64,000 nucleotides of DNA from Thermoplasmatota archaeon. GTDB taxonomy: Archaea > Thermoplasmatota > Penumbrarchaeia > Penumbrarchaeales > Penumbrarchaeaceae. The notes under the pieces are model-generated. The model did not search any database. It had not been told where the DNA came from and was given only the letters and a program-made list of their open reading frames with translations. A program made the translations under genes and the position numbers. The stretch covers positions 1 to 64,000 of the forward strand of contig CBDDUX010000063.1 in NCBI GenBank assembly GCA_965234725.1. Direction: 5' to 3'. Shown here one piece after another: positions 47,571 to 58,139 of the stretch; the stretch's first letter is position 1, and each line of letters begins with the position of its first letter.

Positions 47571-48758
47571 TCACCCTCCCTCAATTGAGAAAGGACCTTT
47601 GATAACATCAAGGGGAGCATTGGTCTTGATAATGGTGGGTGAGAACCTGCTTCTTGACCATTTGTGTCCAAACCTCTCGATGAATTTTGTTATGGTCTCT
47701 ATTGATGGGGGAGAGGTCTTGTAATAGCTGGCAGTCTCGTTGATGTCGAAACCTCCAGGAGGAAGGGTCTCTTCGGTGATAGCATACCTGAGAATCCTAT
47801 CTATTGACCTCTTGCTTGCTATCCAATCACCCAGACGATCCTCAAGAACTGACCTGCATTCTTCACAGAATTCTATGTCTGCAAGGGAGCCGGTCCAGAC
47901 AGGTCCCATCAATTCCCCTCCGATGATATTCCTGAGAAGCTCATGTGGACTTGCAATAACCTTCGGAGGACCTGGAGGATCGTTAATGAGCCATCCTACC
48001 GAATCAAGGCTCAGATCAGCCTTTTTCGCACCTCTATCAACTCGAAGATATCCTCTTAAGAAATGATCTGATGAATAAAACAGCAGAGGATGGATGGAGA
48101 TCTCGAAGGATGCCGCCAAACGGGCAATATACCCGAGAAGGACCCGGCAGCCCATTTCCTGCATGAAATCGGTCCTTCCGACTTCCACTCCATATCTTCT
48201 CCTGGCCACCCGAGACACAGATCCGGTCAGGGCGGCAGTATCAGTAGCAGTTACAGCAAGTATGCCACCCTTTCTAAGGGAAAGGAGTGAATTCTGCAAG
48301 AATGGGACCGGACTGCCATATGGGTCCACATCGATGTAATGGAATCTGCGAGTCCCGCAAAATCCATTCAGGTCTCCCCAATGGAAAGCAACTCCCACAC
48401 CGTTCTTTGTAGCTAGGTTCCTTGCACTTTCTATCGAATCACCTTTCAGATCCACTCCGGTTATTGAAAGGTCAAGATCTTTGACACCGAGCTCCATAGC
48501 GAACCTTACGGCCCTTATTCCAGAGCCAGTGAGGCCGTCCAGGATATCGATGATACCACTATCCCCGAATCTTCCGGTGTCAATGAGGGTCTGCATGACA
48601 ACAACAGAGAGATCTCGGTTTTGGACCATTGCAGGATTGTAGAATACTGGCGCTTTCGAACCAGGACCTTTGCTTCCTCCTGTAGGTGGAGCAATCAGTT
48701 CCACCAAACCCTCTTTCCGAGAATCTGCAGTACCGTTCGATCCGGATACATCTGCCAT
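47571..48758 (-). CDS. trm1: tRNA (guanine26-N2)-dimethyltransferase
   Basis: VFYNPAMVQNRDLS, DGLTGSGIRAVR, DVDPYGSP, LAVTATD, GPVWTG, IKTNAP. Confidence 0.92.
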   Translation of the reverse strand: MADVSGSNGTADSRKEGLVELIAPPTGGSKGPGSKAPVFYNPAMVQNRDLSVVVMQTLIDTGRFGDSGIIDILDGLTGSGIRAVRFAMELGVKDLDLSITGVDLKGDSIESARNLATKNGVGVAFHWGDLNGFCGTRRFHYIDVDPYGSPVPFLQNSLLSLRKGGILAVTATDTAALTGSVSRVARRRYGVEVGRTDFMQEMGCRVLLGYIARLAASFEISIHPLLFYSSDHFLRGYLRVDRGAKKADLSLDSVGWLINDPPGPPKVIASPHELLRNIIGGELMGPVWTGSLADIEFCEECRSVLEDRLGDWIASKRSIDRILRYAITEETLPPGGFDINETASYYKTSPPSIETITKFIERFGHKWSRSRFSPTIIKTNAPLDVIKGPFSIEGG

Positions 48759-48846
48759 GTGGTGTTATCGAATGTATGGTTGATAACCTTTACATCGAAA
48801 CATTGAATATGTATGATCAAATGGCATCTGTGCAGAAGGAATCCAC

Positions 48847-49659
48847 ATGAGCAATATGACATCGAATGGGTCTTCCGGGACCGAAGAGGGACCAAAGGGA
48901 AAGATAGGCCACACAATAGCGGTAATGAGCGGAAAGGGAGGGGTGGGAAAATCCACCATCGCAACGAACTTGGCAGTCTCATTATCAAGGAAGGGAAAGA
49001 AGATTGGAATAATCGATGCAGACCTGCATGGGCCGGATATTCCGAAAATGCTCGGACTTGAGGGAGCATTTCCAACAGCGGATGAAGATGGGAAGATGAA
49101 TCCAATAATCGTAAACCCCACGCTTTCAGCGATATCTATGGGATTTCTTCTGGAATCGGATGACCAGCCGGTCATCTGGAGAGGACCTCTTAAGATGGGA
49201 GCAATAAAGCAGTTCATTAATGATGTGAACTGGGGCGACCTCGATTTCCTAATAATAGATCTACCTCCGGGGACAGGTGATGAAGCGCTTTCCGTCGCTC
49301 AGTTGATCCCTGAGAACTCCAACGCGATCATCGTTACCACCCCCCAAGAAGTAGCACTCCTCGATTCAAGGAAAGCTATCAACTTCGCAAAGAAGCTGGA
49401 TATGAAAGTATTGGGTGTGGTTGAGAATATGTCAGGAATGGTCTGTCCTCACTGCGGGGAAAGTATCGACCTCTTCGGAAGGGGTGGAGGAAAGAGAGCC
49501 GCGAAAGAACTGGATGTGCCATTTTTGGGTGATGTACCCATCATTCCATCCATGGTCGAGTCAGGAGATAGAGGGAAACCAGCTGTCTTGGACCAAGGTA
49601 TTGCATCCACCTCATTGGAGAGGATCGCCGTAGCCGTCCTTGAGAACATAGAGAATTGA
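48847..49659 (+). CDS. mrp: Mrp/NBP35 Fe-S carrier ATPase
   Basis: [33 protein letters not shown]. Confidence 0.95.
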   Translation: MSNMTSNGSSGTEEGPKGKIGHTIAVMSGKGGVGKSTIATNLAVSLSRKGKKIGIIDADLHGPDIPKMLGLEGAFPTADEDGKMNPIIVNPTLSAISMGFLLESDDQPVIWRGPLKMGAIKQFINDVNWGDLDFLIIDLPPGTGDEALSVAQLIPENSNAIIVTTPQEVALLDSRKAINFAKKLDMKVLGVVENMSGMVCPHCGESIDLFGRGGGKRAAKELDVPFLGDVPIIPSMVESGDRGKPAVLDQGIASTSLERIAVAVLENIEN

Positions 49660-49660
49660 T

Positions 49661-49972
49661 CTAAGCGTACTCTCTCCATGTGTTCTTACACTTGGTGCAA
49701 CGATAAAACCTGGTGGTTGCCTCATCAGCTGACCTTGTCTGCCTTAGATGCCAGTAAGCCCCTATGTTACCACATTTGGGACACATGACACTATCATCTA
49801 TAGGCATGGTATCCAGGTCCTCGAATACGGGTACATCACTGAGATCCTCTTCAAGCTGGGTCCTTACCGGGACCTCAACCGAACCGTCTATTGGTTTATC
49901 GAACCCGCATCGAGGGCATAACAATCTCTCTCCTTCCGGTCTCAGAAGTGATTTGCAGCTTGGACAGAACAT
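49661..49972 (-). CDS. tfs: Transcription elongation factor TFS
   Basis: MFCPSC...CPRC, CPKC...QTRSADEATTRFYRCTKC. Confidence 0.95.
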   Translation of the reverse strand: MFCPSCKSLLRPEGERLLCPRCGFDKPIDGSVEVPVRTQLEEDLSDVPVFEDLDTMPIDDSVMCPKCGNIGAYWHLRQTRSADEATTRFYRCTKCKNTWREYA

Positions 49973-50107
49973 GGGTGACACTCCGATTGTATGCTTAAGT
50001 CCGATGGATGTTTTGGATAAATACTTTTTCCAACCAAGGAATACTGGTTCCAATACGATAAAATATCAGTATACTGATGAATGTGACCACACAACGGGGA
50101 TCGGATC

Positions 50108-50305
50108 ATGACAGATTCTAGCGGGTATGTTACCTGTCCAATTTGCGGGAAGGGAATGCTTCTTCCGGTCATGATTGGAGCGGGAGAGGACAGGGATGTC
50201 AAATACAGATGCACGGAACCATCCTGCGGGATAAGGTTCGATAGACACGGATATGAACGGTTCGACGAATCCGTCCAGGAATGGAAAAGAGAGGAGGCGG
50301 GATAG
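50108..50305 (+). CDS. Small Zn-ribbon protein
   Basis: CPICG...CTEPSC. Confidence 0.65.
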   Translation: MTDSSGYVTCPICGKGMLLPVMIGAGEDRDVKYRCTEPSCGIRFDRHGYERFDESVQEWKREEAG

Positions 50306-50540
50306 ACTGTTCTTCCAAGATCCAGTATTGGAAACCCATGTCCTATCGGATCAGAAACCGATCCTGAAGAGGACAGGGATACTCTGCTCCCACTGCCATA
50401 AGGAGATCAGAGGGAAACTCCACAATCTGGGGAACCGGTTCTATGACGATTACTGCTGGTCTCTGAGGTATATCCTCGAAGCACAGGAATCCGAGATGGA
50501 GAGATACCAGGAAATGCGGAAGAAGATGGACAAAGGATAG
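50253..50540 (+). CDS. Small hypothetical protein, possible Zn finger
   Basis: CSHC...DYC; start uncertain (probably about 50307 after GGAGG). Confidence 0.5.
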   Translation: MNGSTNPSRNGKERRRDRLFFQDPVLETHVLSDQKPILKRTGILCSHCHKEIRGKLHNLGNRFYDDYCWSLRYILEAQESEMERYQEMRKKMDKG

Positions 50541-50627
50541 AACTGACATGTTCCTCATGGCCAATTGTTTTATATCTCCCTTCCATTGTTTCAGAAATAT
50601 GGTCGGGATCGAAGGTAAGGTGCTGAC

Positions 50628-51155
50628 ATGAAGGTTGTAATAGAGAATATGATCGCTTCATGTGCCGTGGAGGGTGACCTCAATATTGCCGAGGTTGGAG
50701 CGGATCTCCCGGGGGCCAGATATCAACCTGAGGTTTTCAGAGGGGTTACCGTCATAAGAGAGGATCCCGGATACAAATCCTTCATAATGGAAGATGGGAC
50801 CATCAAGTTCCATGGACTGACATCGGAGGAGGGCTTGAACGATGCGCTCAAGGACCTCCTATCGGAACCTAGCTTGAAGGGAGTTCGGTTAAAAGACCCT
50901 TTAAGCATTCAGGAGATAATAGCATCAGTTGACCTAGGTGGACCAGTGGATGCTAAATTGATATACGAAGAGTTCAAGGATGACGGTGTGATCTACGATC
51001 CGTCTGAACTCCCGGGATTCATCCTCAGTGTCGGGAATTCAGGGATCGAGGTACTCATTTTCCCGGAGGGGAAGATCATTACAAGAGGGGCCAAGGACAT
51101 TATGAACGCCGTATCCTCCCTCCAGATGGTACATGGAAGGATATCAGAGAGGTGA
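50628..51155 (+). CDS. Divergent TATA-binding-protein-fold protein
   Basis: Two TBP repeats: IENMIAS...YQPEVFRG...G and IQEIIAS...YDPSELPG...LIFPEGKIITRGAK. Confidence 0.8.
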   Translation: MKVVIENMIASCAVEGDLNIAEVGADLPGARYQPEVFRGVTVIREDPGYKSFIMEDGTIKFHGLTSEEGLNDALKDLLSEPSLKGVRLKDPLSIQEIIASVDLGGPVDAKLIYEEFKDDGVIYDPSELPGFILSVGNSGIEVLIFPEGKIITRGAKDIMNAVSSLQMVHGRISER

Positions 51156-51162
51156 TCACCCC

Positions 51163-52020
51163 GTGATCAAGGGTCTTCCGGTGCTAGATGCCCATATCCA
51201 CCTGGACCCAAAGGGAACTCCTGTTGAGGCTGTTACCAGGTTCAAAGAGGCAGGAGGATCACATCTTATTGTTGTTCATAAACCATACCATCACCTCAGT
51301 GAGACGACATCAGAAGAATATGAAAGGTCCTTCCAGACGACTATCGAGATGTGTGATCTTGCCAGGAGGAATGATGTCTTAGCCTGGTGTGTCGTCGGTC
51401 CATACCCCGGAAGTCTGCCCTATCTTGCAAAAAAAGTAGGTCTGGAGGAAGCGGAAAGTATCCAGATGACTGCCCTTGAAACAGCCTTCGATCTTGTGGA
51501 TGAAGGAACTGTGTTGGGGATCGGTGAAGTGGGAAGGGTACATTTCATGGTGGATGATGAGACTCAAAACGCTTGTGACAGGGTCCTTAAAAAGGCGATG
51601 AAAGGAGCATCTGTAAGGAGCTGCCCGGTGATCCTTCATACTGAATCACCCGGAGATAATCCGGACCTATACCGGCATATTGCGGAACTTGCCGATCTTG
51701 CCGGTCTCCCTAGACACAGGGTCGTTAAACACTACTCCGGTTGGGAGGGAGCGGTACCTGAGATTGGGCTGGGCATATCGATCTCGATGCAGGCCAGGAA
51801 GAAGAACATTGAGGTCGCATTGGAAAAGGGGCTTGACTTTCTCCTTGAGACCGATTATATAGATGAAAAGGAGAGACCGGATGTTGTGATGCCACCCGAT
51901 ACCGTTCCGAAAAAGATATCCTGGGCTTACAGAAAAGGAATTATCGACCTAGAAATTCACCGAAGATTGATGGTGGACATCCCCAGGGAAGTCCTTGGTA
52001 TAGAAACAAAGGAGGATTGA
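51163..52020 (+). CDS. TatD-related amidohydrolase/DNase
   Basis: DAHIH, IGEVGRVHF, ILHTE, VVKHYS, LLETDYID. Confidence 0.88.
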   Translation: MIKGLPVLDAHIHLDPKGTPVEAVTRFKEAGGSHLIVVHKPYHHLSETTSEEYERSFQTTIEMCDLARRNDVLAWCVVGPYPGSLPYLAKKVGLEEAESIQMTALETAFDLVDEGTVLGIGEVGRVHFMVDDETQNACDRVLKKAMKGASVRSCPVILHTESPGDNPDLYRHIAELADLAGLPRHRVVKHYSGWEGAVPEIGLGISISMQARKKNIEVALEKGLDFLLETDYIDEKERPDVVMPPDTVPKKISWAYRKGIIDLEIHRRLMVDIPREVLGIETKED

Positions 52021-52164
52021 GCGGTTCTCCCAAGCAGATATACTTTTCCTGAAAAGCCAATCAATTTTTGTCTGGCCATAAGCAAATAATAAATACCATT
52101 CGAACGTTTTGAATTTAGAGTCTTCATCTTGCAGGTGAAGTGATTAATAAACAGGGGGCCAGAC

Positions 52165-55100
52165 ATGGTAAACGAATCGTCTTCTCACAAATGGAGAACG
52201 AGTCTTTTCGGAAAAATGATGATCATAGGGGTATGTGGCATCCTAATGGGTGCAATACCCATGACAGCAGCCGTCAGAGAGGACCTGCAGCAGGTCTATG
52301 ACCGGAAGATAACCACTTCCGGTGCATTAACGGGGTGGAACCTGACCAAGATAGGTGATATCAACGGAGATGGTTCAGTGGATTACGGAATGGGGTCTCC
52401 GGGTGAGAACAAGGCCTACGTATTCTTCGGTCCCCTTGCCAATAACTTCAATCCCGCATCCACAACCACCGGATGGGTGATTTCAGGACCATCGAATTCC
52501 GATTTTGGATGGGATATCCAGGGTATTGGAAACTATGATGGAGATCAGTATGACGATCTCATTGTTGGTGCACCAGGTGTAGACAAGGCCTATATCTGGA
52601 AAGGCAGGTCAAGTGGAGTTTCGACATCATATACTTCCGCCAACCTTCAGATAAACGGGACGGACGGAGAGATGTTCGGCCATTCTGTTTGCGGGCTGAA
52701 CTATGATGGAGATGAGGGGTGGTTCGCGGCTGTCGGTGCACCCATGAACATCCATTTCCTGGAGGATGTGGGAGACTATCAGTCCGGTGCCGTTTTCATG
52801 TTCAACCTTACGGCATTTTCAACATTCCCCTCCAAATATATGGAATCCTCCAATGCCAATTTCACTTACACAGGAGACGTTTACAGCGGGAGGTTCGGGC
52901 ATATCGTCAGGAACGTTGGAGACCTCAACTATGATTCCATCGATGATCTTGGAATGGGTGATCCGTTCTATTCACCCTCCGGATATACTGACAAGGGAGC
53001 TTTCTACTTCCAATTCGGTAAGAATGTCCTTGCGGAACCTCCTCAGAAGTCCACATCAGATCTCGATGGGATAATATCTGGTAGAAATCAGTCCAAATTC
53101 GGTTGGTCCGCAAAGGGACTGGAGGATGTAGGTGGATCATTTGAGGACGATATCATGATTGGAGCTCCTTATGAGGGAGAAGGAAAAGCCTTTTTATTCT
53201 TCGGAGTGAACGGATCTTTCCCAAGTAAGGACCTTGCAGGAACGGATACACCGGATAATGAATTCAACGGGACCAATCCCGGAGATCTGTTCGGTTGGTC
53301 ATTCGATAGGACCATGATCGCCGGGACCACTTTTGCTCTCTCGATATCAGCTCCAGGTTATGATAATGGGACGAAAGTGGATGCAGGTGCGATTTACAGC
53401 TTCTGGTCCTGGTCAGGCCAGGAATCAGCTGATAATGCAAAGAGTGCATTCATCGGAGAAACTGCCGATGAAATGCTGGGATATTCACTCTGCGAGGTGA
53501 ACTACACTCTAAGCAATACAGGTCCCGTAAGGGTGATAGGGATACTGGCTTCCTCACCTTTCTACGGATCTACCAATGGGGGAAGGATCCAGATTTTTAA
53601 AAGGAACCAACTGCCCGAGCTCAGCCCTGTGAACATCAACTTTAAACATGGTAACCCATCAACGATATTCACGATCACTGTGGAATATTCCGACCCGGAT
53701 AATGATGCTCCGGCCTATGTCAAGGTCGACTTCTTCTATGACCAATCCGGTGACAACCTCGCCAAGACGGTTACACTCAACAGGGTTTTCTCGGACACAG
53801 ATCCCTTTTCTGTTGGTGTTACCTATGAGTCAATGACAACACTTCCAAATTCCATAAGAAGGGATTCTCCGAATGCAAACCTGTATCTCATAGGCTATAC
53901 CCGGGCAGTCCGTGGCTCGATCTCAATGGTCTTCTCAGGAGTCATTGTGCCTGGTCCCGAGGTAGATGGGATCATCCCATCAGCAGCTGACAACCTCAAT
54001 GTCATTGGATGGGACACACTCCCCGAAGAGGATCTCATTGAAGGAAGCTTCAAGATATCCTGGGAATGGCCCGAGGACGATGATGGAACTCTTTCTTCTG
54101 AATACAGTAGAAAGGTGAGCAAGCTGGAGATAAGGTATTTCCAGGGAAATGTGACAATGACCAATAGCAATTGGGATAATGCGGTGAGTTACATTACATT
54201 CTCCAGTTCCACGGAGTTAAAGAACCCCTTTGCAAACCAGCAACTATTGATCGGAGCAGAGGATGAGACCATCAAACCGTTCCTCTACTACTCAGTGGCC
54301 ATGAGGGCTTATGACGAGGAAGATAATGAAGGCAATGTATCCGCAACCCTCACCACTCAGGCATACTGGAGAAGACCAGAAATACCCGGACCTTGTGAGA
54401 GTGTGGATATATTCGATTACAAAGGTCCGGACAACATGGGTGATGATGGAGGCAAGCTTTTGGTCCAATTCACACCTCCGAACCTTGCGGTTCCCATGGA
54501 TATCTCATATTATGAGGTGTTCGTTACCGAGGCAGAGGGATTCGATCTGGACAATCTTTCTGACTACAACAAGATCGATTGGGAACCGGACATGATAATT
54601 ACCAAAGTAAATGAGGAGGCTTTCTACAACACGACATTTATCCTGGATTCCTATCATGGCGGGGACCTCCTTGACGGTGGTTATTATTATGTTGCCATCG
54701 TCCCTGTCAATTGGCTGGACCAGCATTCCAGGATCGTCACCTGGTCTGACCCGGAGATAGAGGTCAAGATCATCAACGACAACCTTTCAGCTATAGCAAG
54801 GATCAAGGGCGTTTCGGGAACATCCATCAACGGGGAGGCAAAGATCAGGGTTACATGGACCCCAACAACCGATACCAAGTTCACAAGATATGAGATCTAT
54901 GGCCAATCCTTCTCCTATACCAATATCGATGATGCGGTTAAACTTGCAACGATCACAGAAAGGGGCCTTACGGAGTTCATCGTAGGGGATATATCAGGAA
55001 CTCCAATTTCCCAGGCACATCTCTATTTCTTCACGGTACTTGTTATGGACCACAACGACCATATTGATACGGCCATAGATGATGACAATACCGTAAGAAG

Positions 55101-56871
55101 TGTGAAATACATCAACCCAGACTCCAACATCGCTGAACAGATAAAGGGAGTCTCCATGATGGATGTTCCAAACGACGGTGGCGGTGTCCTCACACTATCA
55201 TGGTTCAGGACATTCGCACAGAACTTCTGGCAGTACAACGTCTATTTCAGCGATGAGCCGATCATGGACATCAGCACCCTTGATCCAATATCAATGATCA
55301 CAAACAAGCAGAAGACCGACCTGTTGATAGAGGAATACGATGGTGATCCACTTGTTGACGGAACTGATTATTACGCAGCTGTAACCATAGTCGACTGGGA
55401 CCTCGAGGAGAACCTCTTCGTGGACGATAATAATTCGGCATCGGCCCAATCGATCAACCAGTCCGATTTCGAGGCTCCCGGGACCTATCCTGGTAACGTG
55501 AAGCAATCAGGGGATCTGACAAATACCGAATTCACCGTCTCCTGGGACCCCATTTCCATCGATCAGATACCAGATTTCAGCCATTACCTGGTCACGGTAT
55601 CAGGACCCAAGGGTACTGATAAGTTTATTGTCGAGGGAGGAATTGGAACATCTTCTTTATTGGTAGACAGGTTGACCAGGGGAACAAAGTACTATGTCAA
55701 CGTCTCCATAGTTGACGATAACGGAAACTTCGGACCCGGATCACCATCTATCGAGATCACAACCGCTGGAGCCGACCAACCTCCAATGGTTGTTAAGATA
55801 ACGGTCACCATTGGGGAAGATCTCTACAATCTCAACAATACGGAGGAGGTCGATGTCGACCTGAATGATTATTCAGTGATCTATTTCACCGGAGAGGGTA
55901 GTGATGATTATACTGTCAGTTCCAGACTTCTCTATTCCTGGAATTTAACACTGCCCTCCGGAGAGTCTGTGGAGAAGACATCATACGCATTCGATCTGGA
56001 CCTCTCTGAAACAGGAACATATTCCATCAAGTTGGTCGTCACTGACCAGGCTGGGATGGAATCCGAGGATTTCATTATCACAATAAAGGCAGAAAAACCC
56101 GGTGAGACCACGACCACACCCATATTCCTTATCATAATCATTGTAATCGTGGCAATCATCCTTGCTATTGTGGTCGTTCTGTTCGTTCTATTCTCTGGAA
56201 GCAGGTCCCAGAGGAGTCAGAAGCTTGAAGAATACAAGGATAGAAGACAGAACATCGAGTCTATGGAACCCATCTATGCCAACCTTCCCACCTGGACATG
56301 TGACTGCGGGACGACCTCTGTCACACTCATCGAGAACGCCTACTGTAATTCCTGTTATCAATCCCACGAGGCCGTTCCGATAGATGGTATCGATACATAC
56401 CTCATGGAACACGATCTGGTCCTTGCGGAGATGAAGATCGTCGTTACACCTGGCTGGCAGGGACAGGATGTTGCAAAGACCGATGCGGCAATGGACCTGG
56501 ATAGGAGGAAGAAGAGGGCCATGGATGCTCTTAACGAGGAGTATGCCCCATGGCTTCAGGGTACAGAATACGAGAAGGAACTCGAGAACCTGCCAAAGGA
56601 AGGCATGGAAGAACCAGAAGGGCCCAAAGTGGATAAACTCCATCACGATGGAGCTATCATTCCAGGTCAGATGCCTCCATCCGGACCCATCCAGCCCCAG
56701 GTAGGAGGACCTATACAGCCTCAGGTGGGAGGAGGACCTATAAGACCAATGGTGGGTGGTCAACCAGGACCTGTTAGACCTCCAATGGTTCAGCAGCAAG
56801 GAGCTCCAGGACCCAGACCTCCGATGCCTCAGGTTGGTCTCAATCAACAAAAGCCACCCCAAAATCCCTGA
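52165..56871 (+). CDS. Integrin-alpha-like FG-GAP + FN3 + PKD surface protein with TM, Zn ribbon and Pro/Gln tail
   Basis: FG...GDxNGD...VGAP repeats; FN3 W...Y signatures; YSWNL/YSIKLVVTD PKD; TM; CDC...CNSC; PQVGGP repeats. Confidence 0.85.
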   Translation: MVNESSSHKWRTSLFGKMMIIGVCGILMGAIPMTAAVREDLQQVYDRKITTSGALTGWNLTKIGDINGDGSVDYGMGSPGENKAYVFFGPLANNFNPASTTTGWVISGPSNSDFGWDIQGIGNYDGDQYDDLIVGAPGVDKAYIWKGRSSGVSTSYTSANLQINGTDGEMFGHSVCGLNYDGDEGWFAAVGAPMNIHFLEDVGDYQSGAVFMFNLTAFSTFPSKYMESSNANFTYTGDVYSGRFGHIVRNVGDLNYDSIDDLGMGDPFYSPSGYTDKGAFYFQFGKNVLAEPPQKSTSDLDGIISGRNQSKFGWSAKGLEDVGGSFEDDIMIGAPYEGEGKAFLFFGVNGSFPSKDLAGTDTPDNEFNGTNPGDLFGWSFDRTMIAGTTFALSISAPGYDNGTKVDAGAIYSFWSWSGQESADNAKSAFIGETADEMLGYSLCEVNYTLSNTGPVRVIGILASSPFYGSTNGGRIQIFKRNQLPELSPVNINFKHGNPSTIFTITVEYSDPDNDAPAYVKVDFFYDQSGDNLAKTVTLNRVFSDTDPFSVGVTYESMTTLPNSIRRDSPNANLYLIGYTRAVRGSISMVFSGVIVPGPEVDGIIPSAADNLNVIGWDTLPEEDLIEGSFKISWEWPEDDDGTLSSEYSRKVSKLEIRYFQGNVTMTNSNWDNAVSYITFSSSTELKNPFANQQLLIGAEDETIKPFLYYSVAMRAYDEEDNEGNVSATLTTQAYWRRPEIPGPCESVDIFDYKGPDNMGDDGGKLLVQFTPPNLAVPMDISYYEVFVTEAEGFDLDNLSDYNKIDWEPDMIITKVNEEAFYNTTFILDSYHGGDLLDGGYYYVAIVPVNWLDQHSRIVTWSDPEIEVKIINDNLSAIARIKGVSGTSINGEAKIRVTWTPTTDTKFTRYEIYGQSFSYTNIDDAVKLATITERGLTEFIVGDISGTPISQAHLYFFTVLVMDHNDHIDTAIDDDNTVRSVKYINPDSNIAEQIKGVSMMDVPNDGGGVLTLSWFRTFAQNFWQYNVYFSDEPIMDISTLDPISMITNKQKTDLLIEEYDGDPLVDGTDYYAAVTIVDWDLEENLFVDDNNSASAQSINQSDFEAPGTYPGNVKQSGDLTNTEFTVSWDPISIDQIPDFSHYLVTVSGPKGTDKFIVEGGIGTSSLLVDRLTRGTKYYVNVSIVDDNGNFGPGSPSIEITTAGADQPPMVVKITVTIGEDLYNLNNTEEVDVDLNDYSVIYFTGEGSDDYTVSSRLLYSWNLTLPSGESVEKTSYAFDLDLSETGTYSIKLVVTDQAGMESEDFIITIKAEKPGETTTTPIFLIIIIVIVAIILAIVVVLFVLFSGSRSQRSQKLEEYKDRRQNIESMEPIYANLPTWTCDCGTTSVTLIENAYCNSCYQSHEAVPIDGIDTYLMEHDLVLAEMKIVVTPGWQGQDVAKTDAAMDLDRRKKRAMDALNEEYAPWLQGTEYEKELENLPKEGMEEPEGPKVDKLHHDGAIIPGQMPPSGPIQPQVGGPIQPQVGGGPIRPMVGGQPGPVRPPMVQQQGAPGPRPPMPQVGLNQQKPPQNP

Positions 56872-56888
56872 AAACTATCTAAATTGCT

Positions 56889-56920
56889 GCGGGGAGTTAC
56901 CCCTCCCCGCCATTTTTCTC
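56889..56920 (+). terminator. Hairpin plus T-run terminator
   Basis: GCGGGGAG/CTCCCCGC then ATTTTTCTC. Confidence 0.65.
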
Positions 56921-56968
56921 TTAACTTATCTATATTAGAAGGCAATCCTAGAGCGAGGAATGTCCTAA

Positions 56969-58072
56969 ATGGCCACCATTGAAGAGCAGATCAAAGAGGT
57001 CGAAGACGAGATCTTCAATACTCAAAAGAACAAGGCCACAGAGCATCATATAGGCAAATTGAAGGCAAAGATGGCAAAACTAAGGGCACAGCTGGAACTG
57101 CACCGGACAAAATCCTCCGGAGGTGGAAAGGGTTTCTACATCAAGAAGGCAGGAGATGCCACGGTTGCCCTTGTAGGTTGGCCATCGGTTGGGAAATCAT
57201 CCCTCCTCAATAAGTTCACAGGATCCAAGAGTGAGATCGCTGCATATCAGTTCACCACTTTAGAGGTCATTCCAGGCATCATGGAATACAAAGGGGCAAA
57301 GATCCAGATACTGGATATGCCTGGTATCATCAAAGGGGCTTCGAAGGGGAAGGGTAAAGGCAAGGAGGTCATCGCGGCTGCCAGGAATTCGAATATCATC
57401 CTACTTATGGGGGATGTCTTCAATTACAGGACCGATATCCTTGAGAGGGAACTCTACGATGCTGGCATACGACTTGACCAGAAGAAGCCCAATATAACCT
57501 TCACACATTCCGACAGGGGAGGAATGGTGGTCAGGTCCACTGTGGAAATTACAAAGATGACAGAGGACCAGATCATTGAGATCGTCAGGGCCTATGGTCT
57601 GATATCCGGAACGATCGTATTCCGTGAAGATGTGGAACCGGACAGACTTGTTGATTTTCTGGCAGGGAATCGAGTTTACATACCTTCCATTGTGGTTATC
57701 AACAAGTTCGACCAGGCATATACCAATGTAAAAGAGAATATCCGCAAATACTGCAAACGTGACTGGCTGGAACTATCTGTGGAAAGCGGACAGGGGATGG
57801 AGGAGTTGAAGGAGATGTTATTCCAGTTTCTGAATTTCATCAGGGTATATCTGAAACCCCATGGCAGGGCCGCTGATATGGAGGAACCCCTGGTGATAAT
57901 GGGAGGTTCCACGGTTCAGACGGTTTGTGAGCACCTTCATAGGGATTTCGTTGAGAACTTCAGGTTCGGGAATGTATGGGGTCCTTCGGCGAAGTATCCC
58001 GGACAGGCGGTAGGTCTAACTCATAAGATGAAGGATGGTGACGTTCTTTCGATAATAGTGAGAAAGAAGTGA
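56969..58072 (+). CDS. drg: DRG/OBG family GTPase with TGS domain
   Basis: KNKATEHH, GWPSVGKS, FTT, DMPG, NKFD, C-terminal TGS. Confidence 0.95.
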   Translation: MATIEEQIKEVEDEIFNTQKNKATEHHIGKLKAKMAKLRAQLELHRTKSSGGGKGFYIKKAGDATVALVGWPSVGKSSLLNKFTGSKSEIAAYQFTTLEVIPGIMEYKGAKIQILDMPGIIKGASKGKGKGKEVIAAARNSNIILLMGDVFNYRTDILERELYDAGIRLDQKKPNITFTHSDRGGMVVRSTVEITKMTEDQIIEIVRAYGLISGTIVFREDVEPDRLVDFLAGNRVYIPSIVVINKFDQAYTNVKENIRKYCKRDWLELSVESGQGMEELKEMLFQFLNFIRVYLKPHGRAADMEEPLVIMGGSTVQTVCEHLHRDFVENFRFGNVWGPSAKYPGQAVGLTHKMKDGDVLSIIVRKK

Positions 58073-58139
58073 AATTGAACCTTTCAACCATAAAGATTAT
58101 CATATCTTCTTCAGTAGTTCCATTGAAGGAAGGGGACAC

